64,000 nt of DNA from contig NZ_CAAFUQ010000095.1 of assembly GCF_900766215.1 (NCBI RefSeq), positions 8,545-72,544 of the forward strand. The letters are read 5' to 3'. Under the pieces are notes generated by a model that made no database searches, had not been told where the DNA came from, and saw only the letters and a list, made by a program, of their open reading frames with translations. Made by a program: the position numbers and the translations under genes. Positions 38,288-47,757 of this stretch are shown here, piece by piece (position 1 is the first letter of the stretch; each line of letters begins with the position of its first letter). The stretch is from an uncultured Finegoldia sp. GTDB lineage: Bacteria; Bacillota; Clostridia; Tissierellales; Peptoniphilaceae.

Positions 38288-40958
38288 AAGAGTTGTTTAT
38301 ACTAATTCAAATTCTTCAAAGCTATTTGATGAAAATATATCTTTTTTAGAAAATCAAATAATTAAAGGCAACACTGATTTTATTTTGATTTTACCGAATA
38401 GAAAACTTATCAAAAATATTAGAAACAAATTTTTAAAAGAACAATCAGTGTTGTGTGATGTTAAAATTTGGACGATAGATGACTTGGCGAATGCTTCTGA
38501 TATTTCGACATATTTAACAGATCTTATTGTGCGATTAGCTATTCAAGATCTAATTGACGAAGGTGAGTTTGATGATAATAAGTTTTTTAATTCAAAAGGT
38601 ATTATTAATTCATCAAAAAAATTCATATCATCTTGTAAGTATTCAAATAAAAACTTAAATGATTTAGATATCATTTCTGACAAAGATGTAAGTTTGAGTA
38701 TTTTAAGCAAAGTTTATGAGAAGTATCAAAATATTATGAAACAATATAATTTATTGGATAAATTTGATGCTTATGAAATCAAAAACCTCAATATACAAAA
38801 AAATAAAGACATCTATATTCATGGGTTTAGTGAATTTAGACCAATTGAATTAGAGGTTATAAAACAATTAAAAAATTATGATGTAAATGTTTATATTTAC
38901 GTTGATTATTACAATGAATATAAAAGTAAATTAGTTAATCAATTGGAAGACATCGGATTTGAAGTAATTGAAAGTGCGGAAAATTTCGAAACTAATAATT
39001 TTATAGAGAAGAAAATTGTCAAATTAACTAACGAAATATTAGAAAAAGATAGGCTAATTGATGAGATTTGCAAAGATTCTTATGAGTATGATTATAACAA
39101 GATGGCTATTTTAATTGAAAGAGATTCATCGAAAAGAGAAATCTTAAATTCTCTGAAATCACATGATATTCCAGTTTTTGGAGATGATTATATTTCGTAT
39201 CAGAATTATAAAATCTTCTCTGACATAATTAATATTCTAGATAAAAGCAAAGCTTTTAAACAATATGTGTTTTCCATATTAGATAGTTGTTTTGTAGAAT
39301 TTGATTTGAAAGACAAAATTAGTTTCAGAAGTATATTAGTAGATTTTGAATTTGATAATTGGGAAAGTCTGGATAAAATATTGAAATCAAATCTAAATTA
39401 TGAAAACAACCTTCAAATATTAAACAAAATAAAATTCTTGTATTCATCATTTATTGAAACTGATATAGACGTGATTAAAAATCTCATATCGCTTTTAGAG
39501 AAAAAAGAAAGTGATGAGATAGAATTCAATTTGTTTACAGAAAAACTTTTATTAATATTAGAGGACTTGGATAAAACTTATTGTGAACTTGTTAAAAAAT
39601 CGAAAAACTTAAACGAATATTTGATAGACTTGATTAAAAATTTAAGGGTTGATTCTACAAATTATTTAGTGGATGGAATTAGAATTTACAGTCTGACAGA
39701 TATCAGACTTTCTAACTACGATGTTTTATACATTGTTAATATGAATGATGATGTAATTCCTGGAAAAGTTAATTACGATTTCTTTTACAATGAAGAAAAC
39801 ATTAAGTTTCTTCAAAATTGCGGAGTTGATATTTTATCAGATGCAGATAATAGAAAGCGAAATATTGATAGATTTGTAGATGCGATTAATAGAGCGAATA
39901 AAAAAGTATATATGTCCTATAATACAGAAAACAGTATTAAATCAAGGTTGATTTTGGATAAAAACATCACATCAAATCAAAAAATCAAAAAACTTAAGAA
40001 CAAAAACATAAGAAAAATTGATACCAAAAAACTTCACAGCGTATCATCTTATGAAAAATATTCTTTAAAACAACATTTAAATAGATTAGAAACAAGAATA
40101 ATGTCAAAGGATATCTCTGATTTTGAAGTTGACGATAAGACAACTCAATATATATTAAACAAAGAATTATCTCCAACACAACTTGAAACATATTTTGAAT
40201 GTCCAATGAAATTTTATTTTAGATATTATTTGAAACTTAAACCACAAGTCAAATCTAGGCAATTGGATATTGGAACTATATTGCACAATACATTGGAGGA
40301 ATTTTACGGGATTAATATATCTCAAATTAAAGATGCAATTGATGGTAAGTGTGAACTAGACTTATCCAGCTTGGATAGTTTACTAAAGAATTCATTTGAA
40401 AAATTCGGATTAAATACGGATATTAAGGAAAATGAATTTGACTACGATAAATATTTATTTAAACTCAAAGATTTTATTAAAGAAGACATTTACAATAACA
40501 GACAAGAAGCTGAAAAGTTTTATCCTTACAAGTTAGAAGAAGATTTTATTGTGAGTTTAGATGAAAATACAAAATTTATTGGGAGAATTGACAGGGTGGA
40601 CAAAACAGATTCCGGTAAAATCAGATTAATTGATTACAAATTATCCCAAAATAGTTTTAGAAAAGCAAAGGATTTGGCTAAGAATAAGGGATTTCAATTT
40701 GCGATATATTCATCTTATGGGAATGTAGTAAGTTGCAAATACAAAAGCATAAAGGATAATGAGGAATATGAATATCTTCAATCTATTAATAAAGATGAAC
40801 TAGATGAAATTATGATTGAAAAGGTAAAAGAATTTCGAGAAAACATTAGAAATAAAAGATTATTCATAAAAGCAAATGATTACAATTCCTGTAATTATTG
40901 CGATTATAATAAAATTTGTAAGTTGAAAAACACTGAAGGAGAAGCTATCGATGATTAA
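38280..40958 (+). CDS. addB: AddB/RexB-like helicase-nuclease subunit B, compact at 892 aa; C-terminal PD-(D/E)XK nuclease with a Fe-S cluster; no Walker A motif
   Basis: Nuclease motifs GRIDRVDKTD...IRLIDYK. The four-Cys pattern CPMKFYF ... CNYCDYNKIC (C-x2-C-x5-C) is typical of the AddB/Cas4 Fe-S nuclease domain. No GxxGxGK(S/T) is found at the N-terminus. Confidence 0.7.
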   Translation: MNKRVVYTNSNSSKLFDENISFLENQIIKGNTDFILILPNRKLIKNIRNKFLKEQSVLCDVKIWTIDDLANASDISTYLTDLIVRLAIQDLIDEGEFDDNKFFNSKGIINSSKKFISSCKYSNKNLNDLDIISDKDVSLSILSKVYEKYQNIMKQYNLLDKFDAYEIKNLNIQKNKDIYIHGFSEFRPIELEVIKQLKNYDVNVYIYVDYYNEYKSKLVNQLEDIGFEVIESAENFETNNFIEKKIVKLTNEILEKDRLIDEICKDSYEYDYNKMAILIERDSSKREILNSLKSHDIPVFGDDYISYQNYKIFSDIINILDKSKAFKQYVFSILDSCFVEFDLKDKISFRSILVDFEFDNWESLDKILKSNLNYENNLQILNKIKFLYSSFIETDIDVIKNLISLLEKKESDEIEFNLFTEKLLLILEDLDKTYCELVKKSKNLNEYLIDLIKNLRVDSTNYLVDGIRIYSLTDIRLSNYDVLYIVNMNDDVIPGKVNYDFFYNEENIKFLQNCGVDILSDADNRKRNIDRFVDAINRANKKVYMSYNTENSIKSRLILDKNITSNQKIKKLKNKNIRKIDTKKLHSVSSYEKYSLKQHLNRLETRIMSKDISDFEVDDKTTQYILNKELSPTQLETYFECPMKFYFRYYLKLKPQVKSRQLDIGTILHNTLEEFYGINISQIKDAIDGKCELDLSSLDSLLKNSFEKFGLNTDIKENEFDYDKYLFKLKDFIKEDIYNNRQEAEKFYPYKLEEDFIVSLDENTKFIGRIDRVDKTDSGKIRLIDYKLSQNSFRKAKDLAKNKGFQFAIYSSYGNVVSCKYKSIKDNEEYEYLQSINKDELDEIMIEKVKEFRENIRNKRLFIKANDYNSCNYCDYNKICKLKNTEGEAIDD

Positions 40959-43854
40959 ATTTAGCGAAAATCAAAAATTAGCTTATTCGACATTAAATCA
41001 AAATGTTTGTATAAATGCTGGTGCAGGAACTGGTAAAACTGAAGTAGTGTCTGAAAGATTCAGATATATGTATGAGAATGGATTTGATATCAAAAAAATT
41101 GTATGCATAACTTTTACGAACAAAGCTGCAGATGAAATGAAAGACAGAATTATTCAAAAGTTAAATAATCCTAAATTAATTGACGATATTAATGTATCAA
41201 CAATTTCGTCTTTCTGCAAAAAAATCGTATCAGATTATTCTTATTATTTATCGATAGATCCTAGCTTTAAAATCATAGAAGATGACGAATCCAATAGAAT
41301 GCTCAATGGAATTTTTGACAATATATTAGAAAATAGAATTGATTATATTAAAAGTTTAGGAAGTACATTTGACATTTCTTATGTTGATACACTCAAAATA
41401 ATAAGGGATTCTTTTTATAAAATAAGAACGAACAACGTTGATATTTACGAATTAAAAAAAGATACTACAGAATACTTGAAAAGTTTGAGAAATATCGAAA
41501 AAGAAGATGTTATCGGTTTAAAAAGTTATTTATTTGATTTAAAAGGAGAATCAGACAATATCAAAGGACTTACTAAGAATAGTAGATTTTACAAATTCTT
41601 ACATGATGATAATCAAAACTTAAAAGATGATGAGTTTATACAATTTTTGTTAAAAAGCTTTGATAATTTAGGTGAAAGTAAGAAGGAAAATGTTCAAGAA
41701 ATAATAGATGAAGTAAACCTCAAAATCGATATAATACTTTCAAATAAAGAAAAAGAATACCTGAGTTTGTACGAAGGATTTTTCGATATTTTGATAGAAA
41801 TAAACAAAGAATATTCAGATAAAAAACTCGAAAAAAGCGTTCTGGATTTCAATGATATAGAAATAATGTGCAAAAAAGCTTTAAAAAATAATGAAATTCT
41901 TAAATCATGTAAAGAAAGATACCAATATTTCATGATAGACGAGTATCAAGACACTTCTAATTTGCAACGAGATATTTTTTATATGCTATGCAGCGATGAA
42001 AAAAAATTGGATAGGAATAATCTTTTTGTTGTAGGAGATCCAAAACAAGCTATATACAGCTTTAGAGGAGCAAATATAAAAGTTTTTGAGAAAACAAGAG
42101 AAGACATACTAAAAAGCGGTGGAAAAGATATCACTTTTTATGAAAATCACAGAACTCACCCTAATATTATGGAACCTATTAACTATATTTATTCGAATAA
42201 AATGAAAGAAAGATATGATAGCTTAATCGCTGTTAATAAAATTGGAGATGTTATCGGTCGAGATGAGTTCAAGCTTAACAATAAAGACACTAAGACAAAA
42301 GATGATTCATGTGATGTTTTGATATCTTATATAAATGAGGATAATTTCAGGGATACTGCAATTCTTGCAAGAACGAAAAATGACTTTTCATCTTATGAAA
42401 AAAGTCTTAATAATAGAAACATTCCTTATTATATATTCGACAAACAAGGGTTAGAAGATTGCAGAGAAATATTAAATCTGATTCAATTTATAAAATATGC
42501 AAGATACGGTGATGAGATAAGCAAAGTAGGAATACTTTCTAATGTCTACGATGTTGATTACAATGAGATATTAAACAAAAACGATAATTACAAATCGACA
42601 ATTAAAAAGATCGATAATCAAGTTGAAGTATTTACAGAAAATTTGATTAAATACAGTATCTACGATTCAATTTCATATTATATAGAACAGATAAATTACT
42701 TGGAATTGGTGGGTAATCTTCAAGCTAAAGCTAATGTGATTAAGTTTTTGGAAATTGCTAAGCAATTTGATTCAAACAATTTTAATATAGAAGATTTTGT
42801 TGATTATTTTGAGAATAACACTAACTTATATCAAATGTCTTATGAAGACGAACACAGCGACTTAGTAAAGCTGATGACAATTCACAAATCTAAAGGTTTA
42901 GGATTTGGTAAAGTTATAGTGGATAATCTATCCAAGCCATCAGTAAACAAAGACAAATTCTTATTATTTATTGACAATGAAACAATGAAAAATCAATTCG
43001 TATTGAATATTCCATTTTCAAAATTTAGAATGTCAAAAGTAAAAAAATTAATAGACAAGGAAGAAGATTACGAAGTTGATAACGTGTACTACACGGCATT
43101 TACTCGTGCAAAAAGGGAATTATCATTTTCAAATTCAAAAAAATCAGGACATTTCAAACAAATCAGCCCATATATTGAGGAGTTGCAACAAAGAGGAAGG
43201 ATTAAATATTTAGAATTGAATGAAAAGCCTTTTAAATCAGAATCTATTAAAACGAGTTATTTTAGTTTAAAACCAAAATTAGTGGATATCGAGAAGCTTA
43301 TTCCTATTGGCATTACTACTATCTTAAATTCTGATGAGGAAATTTTTGAAAGTAATGTACAGAAATCTGAGATAAATTATATAAGGCTGGGTAATTTGGT
43401 TCACCTTTATGCAAAACTATCTAATGGTGAAAATTCACCTTCTATTAGAGAAGTTGATTTTTTAAATGATGATGAAAAGAAAATTTTTGATGTTGCAACA
43501 AAAAACTTTAATAAGTTTATTACAGATTTTTCAAACTACAAAAACGAAATGGATTTTAATTTATTGTATGAAAATATGATGATATCTGGATTTATGGATA
43601 GAGTTGAATTTTCGGACAAAGAAATCAGAGTTTATGATTACAAAATAAGTTCACAATCACAAGAATATTTGTACGAAAAATATCATATTCAATTGAAGTT
43701 CTATTCTTATGTTTTAAGAAAAAAATACAATAAAAATATTAAAATGATACTTTTGAATTTGAGAAGGGGATATATTATCGAAAAAGTTTACGATAAAAAT
43801 TGTGAACGAGAAGTTGAAGTTTTTCTCGACAATTATTTAAATCAATTGAAATAG
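40951..43854 (+). CDS. addA: AddA-like UvrD-family helicase/nuclease subunit A, compact at 967 aa
   Basis: GAGTGKT (I), TFTNKAA (Ia), DEYQDTS (II), GDPKQAIYSFRGA (III), MTIHKSKGLGFG (V), YTAFTRAKRE (VI). C-terminal RecB-type nuclease: GFMDRVEF...VYDYKIS...QLKFYSYVL. Confidence 0.8.
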   Translation: MIKFSENQKLAYSTLNQNVCINAGAGTGKTEVVSERFRYMYENGFDIKKIVCITFTNKAADEMKDRIIQKLNNPKLIDDINVSTISSFCKKIVSDYSYYLSIDPSFKIIEDDESNRMLNGIFDNILENRIDYIKSLGSTFDISYVDTLKIIRDSFYKIRTNNVDIYELKKDTTEYLKSLRNIEKEDVIGLKSYLFDLKGESDNIKGLTKNSRFYKFLHDDNQNLKDDEFIQFLLKSFDNLGESKKENVQEIIDEVNLKIDIILSNKEKEYLSLYEGFFDILIEINKEYSDKKLEKSVLDFNDIEIMCKKALKNNEILKSCKERYQYFMIDEYQDTSNLQRDIFYMLCSDEKKLDRNNLFVVGDPKQAIYSFRGANIKVFEKTREDILKSGGKDITFYENHRTHPNIMEPINYIYSNKMKERYDSLIAVNKIGDVIGRDEFKLNNKDTKTKDDSCDVLISYINEDNFRDTAILARTKNDFSSYEKSLNNRNIPYYIFDKQGLEDCREILNLIQFIKYARYGDEISKVGILSNVYDVDYNEILNKNDNYKSTIKKIDNQVEVFTENLIKYSIYDSISYYIEQINYLELVGNLQAKANVIKFLEIAKQFDSNNFNIEDFVDYFENNTNLYQMSYEDEHSDLVKLMTIHKSKGLGFGKVIVDNLSKPSVNKDKFLLFIDNETMKNQFVLNIPFSKFRMSKVKKLIDKEEDYEVDNVYYTAFTRAKRELSFSNSKKSGHFKQISPYIEELQQRGRIKYLELNEKPFKSESIKTSYFSLKPKLVDIEKLIPIGITTILNSDEEIFESNVQKSEINYIRLGNLVHLYAKLSNGENSPSIREVDFLNDDEKKIFDVATKNFNKFITDFSNYKNEMDFNLLYENMMISGFMDRVEFSDKEIRVYDYKISSQSQEYLYEKYHIQLKFYSYVLRKKYNKNIKMILLNLRRGYIIEKVYDKNCEREVEVFLDNYLNQLK

Positions 43855-43890
43855 CTAAATTATGGGTTATAATAATACATGAGGTGTAAT

Positions 43891-44580
43891 ATGAGTATTA
43901 AAGTTCTTTTAGTTGAAGATGAAGATAATATAAGACAATTTACAAAAATAAATTTAGCAAGAGAAGGCTTTGAGATTCTGGAAGCTGAGTCTGGAGAAAA
44001 AGGGGTAGAATTAGCAGAATTAAATAAACCAGATGTTGCTGTGTTGGATATAATGCTACCTGGAATTGACGGATTTGAAGTTTGTAAAATTTTAAGAAAT
44101 AAATTTCCAAATATGATTATTATTATGTTGACAGCAAAAACTCAAGATAATGATAAAATTGAAGGACTTGAAAGGGGAGCAGACGATTATTTGACGAAAC
44201 CTTTCAATCCTCGTGAGTTGATTCTTAGAATTAAATCTGTTTTGAGAAGGAGTCCTCAAAAACAAAATAATAGTCAAATTATTGAAGATGATACATTCAA
44301 GCTAGATATGTATTCTAGAACTTTTTATAAAAACGGAAAAGAAATTACATTGACTCCAACAGAGCTTAATATTATAAAACTTTTAATGAAAAATCCTGGT
44401 AAAGCTATAACTAGAGATGAATTGATGGATAAAGCATGGGGTGAAGATTTCATAGGCGACGCTAAAATTGTTGATGTTAATATGAGAAGATTGAGAAGCA
44501 AAATTGAAGAAGATTCAACTCACCCAAAATACATTGTAACAGTGTGGGGAGTTGGTTACAGATGGGAAAATAAAAAATAA
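43891..44580 (+). CDS. OmpR-family response regulator
   Basis: Receiver domain (LVEDE...DIMLPGIDG...TAK) plus a trans_reg_C winged helix. ATG 43891 is preferred to the listed 43879. Confidence 0.85.
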   Translation: MSIKVLLVEDEDNIRQFTKINLAREGFEILEAESGEKGVELAELNKPDVAVLDIMLPGIDGFEVCKILRNKFPNMIIIMLTAKTQDNDKIEGLERGADDYLTKPFNPRELILRIKSVLRRSPQKQNNSQIIEDDTFKLDMYSRTFYKNGKEITLTPTELNIIKLLMKNPGKAITRDELMDKAWGEDFIGDAKIVDVNMRRLRSKIEEDSTHPKYIVTVWGVGYRWENKK

Positions 44581-45986
44581 TGAGTATTAAAAACAAAATA
44601 ATGTATTCCTTTGTATTTTTAACAAGTATTACCGCGATAATACTTGTTATATTTTCTATTTATGCTACTAAGTTTTATTATTATTCTACAATGGAAGGCG
44701 TTTTGAACAACGAAATAAGATATTCTACAAATTTGTATAGCTCTTATATGGCAGATTATGAACTAGATGAAGTAATTGCCGAAGATAAAAACCAGTTTTA
44801 CAGACAAACTGACTGCCAAGTGCAAATTTTGGACAATAATCAAGTTGTTGTATTTGACTCAATTGCAAGTCCAAATTTGGGCGAAAAAATAGAAACATCA
44901 GATGTAGTAAGTGCAATAAATGGTCAAAGTGGAAGATACACAGGAAAAGTTAGTTATTCTGATTCAAATATTATTTCTGTTTCTGTTCCACTTGAATCCA
45001 GGGGAAAACAAGTCGGAGTTTTAAGATATATTTCAAGTTTAAAGGAAATAGACAGGGCAATAAGAGTGAAGTCAGTATCTTTTGCTTTGTTCGGATTTTT
45101 AGTAATATTATTCAGTATTTTATTGAGCAAAATTTTAACTAAAAGCATAATCAAACCGATAAATAGTCTTGCTAAAACTGCCGAAAAAATGGCTAAGGGT
45201 GATATGGAAGTAAGAGCAAAAGAAAATGATACAGATGAAATTGGAAGACTTGGAATGACTTTGAATTTATTGACGGACAATATTAACAAGAAAGAACAAT
45301 TGAAAAACGAATTTATTTCAAGCGTATCACATGAATTGAGAACACCGTTAACTTCTATAAAAGGATGGGCACAAACATTAAAATATGATCCTTCAGATTT
45401 AGAAACAACAACTATGGGAATTGATATAATCGATAGCGAATGCGACAGACTTACAAATATGGTTGAGGAGTTACTTGATTTTTCAAGATTTACTTCCGGA
45501 AGAATTTCAATAGTTAAGAGAAAACAAAATTTAATTGAATTAGCAGAACATATCAAAAACCAATTGCTTCCTAAAGTTCGTTCTAAAGGAATTGATTTGA
45601 TATTAAATTATGAAAGTCCAGAACTCATCGTTACATTTGACGAAGATAGAATTAAGCAAGTTTTCATTAATATTTTAGATAATGCTATAAAATTTACTCC
45701 GGAAAAAGGAACGATAATTATTAATATTGAAAAAACGGAAAAATTTGCAGAAGTATCTATAATAGATACAGGGATTGGAATTTCATTTGAAGAAATAGAA
45801 CTCGTAACTGGAAAATTTTACAAAGGCTCTAATTCGAATTCTCATGTAGGTTTGGGGCTTTCTATTTGCGAAGAAATAGTAAAACTTCACAAGGGAGAAT
45901 TGATGATTAAATCCAAATTAGATGAAGGAACTACAGTTTCGTTTACATTGCCATTAGGAGATGATGAAAATGAAAAAGACAACTAG
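44580..45986 (+). CDS. Sensor histidine kinase (TM - extracytoplasmic domain - TM - HAMP - HisKA - HATPase_c)
   Basis: H-box SVSHELRTPLTSI; N box NILDNAIKFT; G boxes DTGIGI and GLGLSI. Confidence 0.85.
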   Translation: MSIKNKIMYSFVFLTSITAIILVIFSIYATKFYYYSTMEGVLNNEIRYSTNLYSSYMADYELDEVIAEDKNQFYRQTDCQVQILDNNQVVVFDSIASPNLGEKIETSDVVSAINGQSGRYTGKVSYSDSNIISVSVPLESRGKQVGVLRYISSLKEIDRAIRVKSVSFALFGFLVILFSILLSKILTKSIIKPINSLAKTAEKMAKGDMEVRAKENDTDEIGRLGMTLNLLTDNINKKEQLKNEFISSVSHELRTPLTSIKGWAQTLKYDPSDLETTTMGIDIIDSECDRLTNMVEELLDFSRFTSGRISIVKRKQNLIELAEHIKNQLLPKVRSKGIDLILNYESPELIVTFDEDRIKQVFINILDNAIKFTPEKGTIIINIEKTEKFAEVSIIDTGIGISFEEIELVTGKFYKGSNSNSHVGLGLSICEEIVKLHKGELMIKSKLDEGTTVSFTLPLGDDENEKDN

Positions 45987-47442
45987 TATTTTGGTAGGTA
46001 CGATAGTTTTAATTTTGTTGATTGTTTTCATACTGTTCAGAAATAAAGAACAATCTGCAGTTGAAAATATTAAAGTTCCTGAAAATAATTTATTGGTCGC
46101 AGCAGGTGTGTGGCAAATTGATAAGAAAGAAAGCTTTTCTGATTCTAAATCCAAAGTTTCAGATGAAATAGGTAAACTTTACGTCGATGAATCTATAGTT
46201 GTTTTTGGAAAAAGATTTACTATAAACCCTAAATTTTCGTCTAAATTTGTCAGTTTACAAAATTATCTAAGTAAAAAAACAAGCGATGAAAATATAAGTA
46301 AGAAATTTTCTAAAGATAAGAAAATGGTCATTACAATTTCTGATGGCAGCAAGTTTTATCAAGATGTTGTTGTAATGGATAAAAACAATATAATTTTACC
46401 ATACAACGGAGTACTTTATTATATGAAGAAAACAGAAAATAAAGTAAGTAGAACTTTTATTGAGAATTATCAGTCAACCTATGAAAGTAAATATTATGAA
46501 AATAAAGGAAACAATTTAAAAGACAAAGAAAATATTGCTCTTTTAATTGGAATCAAAAATAAAGTTGTAAGAAATGATGAAAGTGATATATCTTATATGA
46601 CTATTTTATTGGATATCGACAAGAAAAATCGCGCACAGATTTATCAAACATCTGCATTGTTTTTCCCTAGAAAAAATGGGTTCTGGACTATGGAATACAA
46701 AAAGAATGAATTTGATAATAACTATGTAGAGCAATTCTTAGCTAAGCCAGTTTATTCAGGAGATAATTCTAAAGAAAATAAAAAATTGGAATTTGACACA
46801 TCTGCAGAAATAACATACCTAGGTCCAGAATATATCTCAATCATGCGAAATAAGAATCAATTTGAATATTATTCTATATATGGTATAGATAAAATGAGCA
46901 ATAATAATGAACTTAATATTGATCAAATCGGTGGTAAAGAGGCTGTAAATGTATTAAAGAATTCTATAGCAGAAGAATCAACAGATTCAAATTCCGAAAT
47001 TTCTTTAAATGATAAAAATGAAGATTACAAAAATATTGGAATTGTAAGAAATTCTGGTAAATGGAATTATCAAACACAATATACATTCAAAGAAAATAAT
47101 GAGATTAAGTTGAAAAATGTAATCCTCAACATCGTTTCACATTTGAATTTATCACCAGATGAATTATCTATGAATTGGCAATCTATAAAAAATTTAAAGA
47201 GCAGTGCGATAGATGCATATTCTTCTCCTGATAAGAGAATATTAATAGTTCAAACGACAGACGAAATATTAATTTACGATTATTCTAATGATAATAAATT
47301 AATAGGAAGTATTCCAATTACGAAAGATGATTCAATTATAATGAGTGAATGGGCAATAGGAAATTATGCCGAAATGTGGAAAAAAGAATTTCAAAACAAC
47401 GACAAAATTCCATCATCATTTATTACTAACCTAAGACAATAA
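45970..47442 (+). CDS. Hypothetical exported/membrane-anchored protein, about 490 aa, overlapping the end of the kinase gene
   Basis: MKKTTSILVGTIVLILLIVFILF signal-anchor followed by a large Asn/Lys-rich hydrophilic domain. There are three in-frame ATGs at 45961, 45964 and 45970; AGGAG at 45956-60 favours 45970. Confidence 0.55.
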   Translation: MKKTTSILVGTIVLILLIVFILFRNKEQSAVENIKVPENNLLVAAGVWQIDKKESFSDSKSKVSDEIGKLYVDESIVVFGKRFTINPKFSSKFVSLQNYLSKKTSDENISKKFSKDKKMVITISDGSKFYQDVVVMDKNNIILPYNGVLYYMKKTENKVSRTFIENYQSTYESKYYENKGNNLKDKENIALLIGIKNKVVRNDESDISYMTILLDIDKKNRAQIYQTSALFFPRKNGFWTMEYKKNEFDNNYVEQFLAKPVYSGDNSKENKKLEFDTSAEITYLGPEYISIMRNKNQFEYYSIYGIDKMSNNNELNIDQIGGKEAVNVLKNSIAEESTDSNSEISLNDKNEDYKNIGIVRNSGKWNYQTQYTFKENNEIKLKNVILNIVSHLNLSPDELSMNWQSIKNLKSSAIDAYSSPDKRILIVQTTDEILIYDYSNDNKLIGSIPITKDDSIIMSEWAIGNYAEMWKKEFQNNDKIPSSFITNLRQ

Positions 47443-47457
47443 AATTAATCGGAACTA

Positions 47458-47495
47458 AGAAGTGGATAATCCAGAAAATTATCTACTTCTTTTTA
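47458..47495 (+). terminator. Rho-independent terminator
   Basis: 13-bp stem agaagtggataat/attatctacttct with one mismatch, followed by TTTTT. Confidence 0.7.
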
Positions 47496-47537
47496 GATTA
47501 TTTCAATAAATTGAATTTTAAAAACATTTAAAACTCT

Positions 47538-47564
47538 TTACAAATTCTTAAAATAGTGTATAAT
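47538..47564 (+). promoter_or_regulatory. Putative sigma-A promoter of the tRNA-Lys gene (TTTACA ... TGTATAAT)
   Basis: -35-like TTTACA at 47538 and TGTATAAT ending at 47564, about 22 nt upstream of the tRNA 5' end. Confidence 0.45.
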
Positions 47565-47586
47565 AATATTGTTGTGGTAAAGATAT

Positions 47587-47662
47587 GCGCCTTTAGCTCA
47601 GTTGGTAGAGCAACTGACTCTTAATCAGTGGGCCCAGGGTTCGAGTCCCTGAAGGCGCACCA
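47587..47662 (+). tRNA. tRNA-Lys (anticodon CTT)
   Basis: Manual fold. Acceptor gcgcctt/aaggcgc; D arm gctc-agttggta-gagc; anticodon stem actga/tcagt with loop cTCTTaa (U33, anticodon CTT, A37); T arm caggg-ttcgagt-ccctg; discriminator A; encoded CCA. Confidence 0.85.
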
Positions 47663-47665
47663 TCT

Positions 47666-47693
47666 AATCCGAGATTGACTCGGATTTTTTTAT
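47666..47693 (+). terminator. Rho-independent terminator after the tRNA
   Basis: aatccgag-attga-ctcggatt hairpin followed by T7. Confidence 0.75.
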
Positions 47694-47757
47694 TTTAGAA
47701 AATTAAATTATCTTAAAAGTTCAATATATATGATATAATAAAAAAAGGAGGATTAAC

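Noticed and set aside
38280-43854. The UvrD-helicase plus PD-(D/E)XK nuclease pair as an anti-phage defence system (Gabija-like or other helicase-nuclease defence pair)
   Set aside because: The motif content is specifically AddA-like (nuclease fused C-terminal to a full UvrD helicase) and AddB-like (Fe-S four-Cys RecB nuclease). It is not an OLD/TOPRIM ATPase or a DUF-type partner. The neighbourhood is housekeeping with no other defence or mobile genes, so it is treated as a compact AddAB rather than a defence island.
43879-43890. Listed N-terminal extensions of several ORFs, for example MRCNM- on the response regulator, MEGKM- on MraZ, MRYKIGHNLCSLFKEIN- on MraY, METK- on FtsL and MKGDS- on GatB
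   Set aside because: In each case an internal ATG preceded by a good Shine-Dalgarno sequence reproduces the canonical family N-terminus. The extensions are artefacts of calling the longest ORF.
44954-45556. 200-aa ORF on the minus strand inside the histidine kinase gene
   Set aside because: It lies entirely antisense to a well-supported kinase gene (H, N and G boxes). It has no RBS, and its composition is what an AT-rich antisense frame produces by chance, so it is a shadow ORF.
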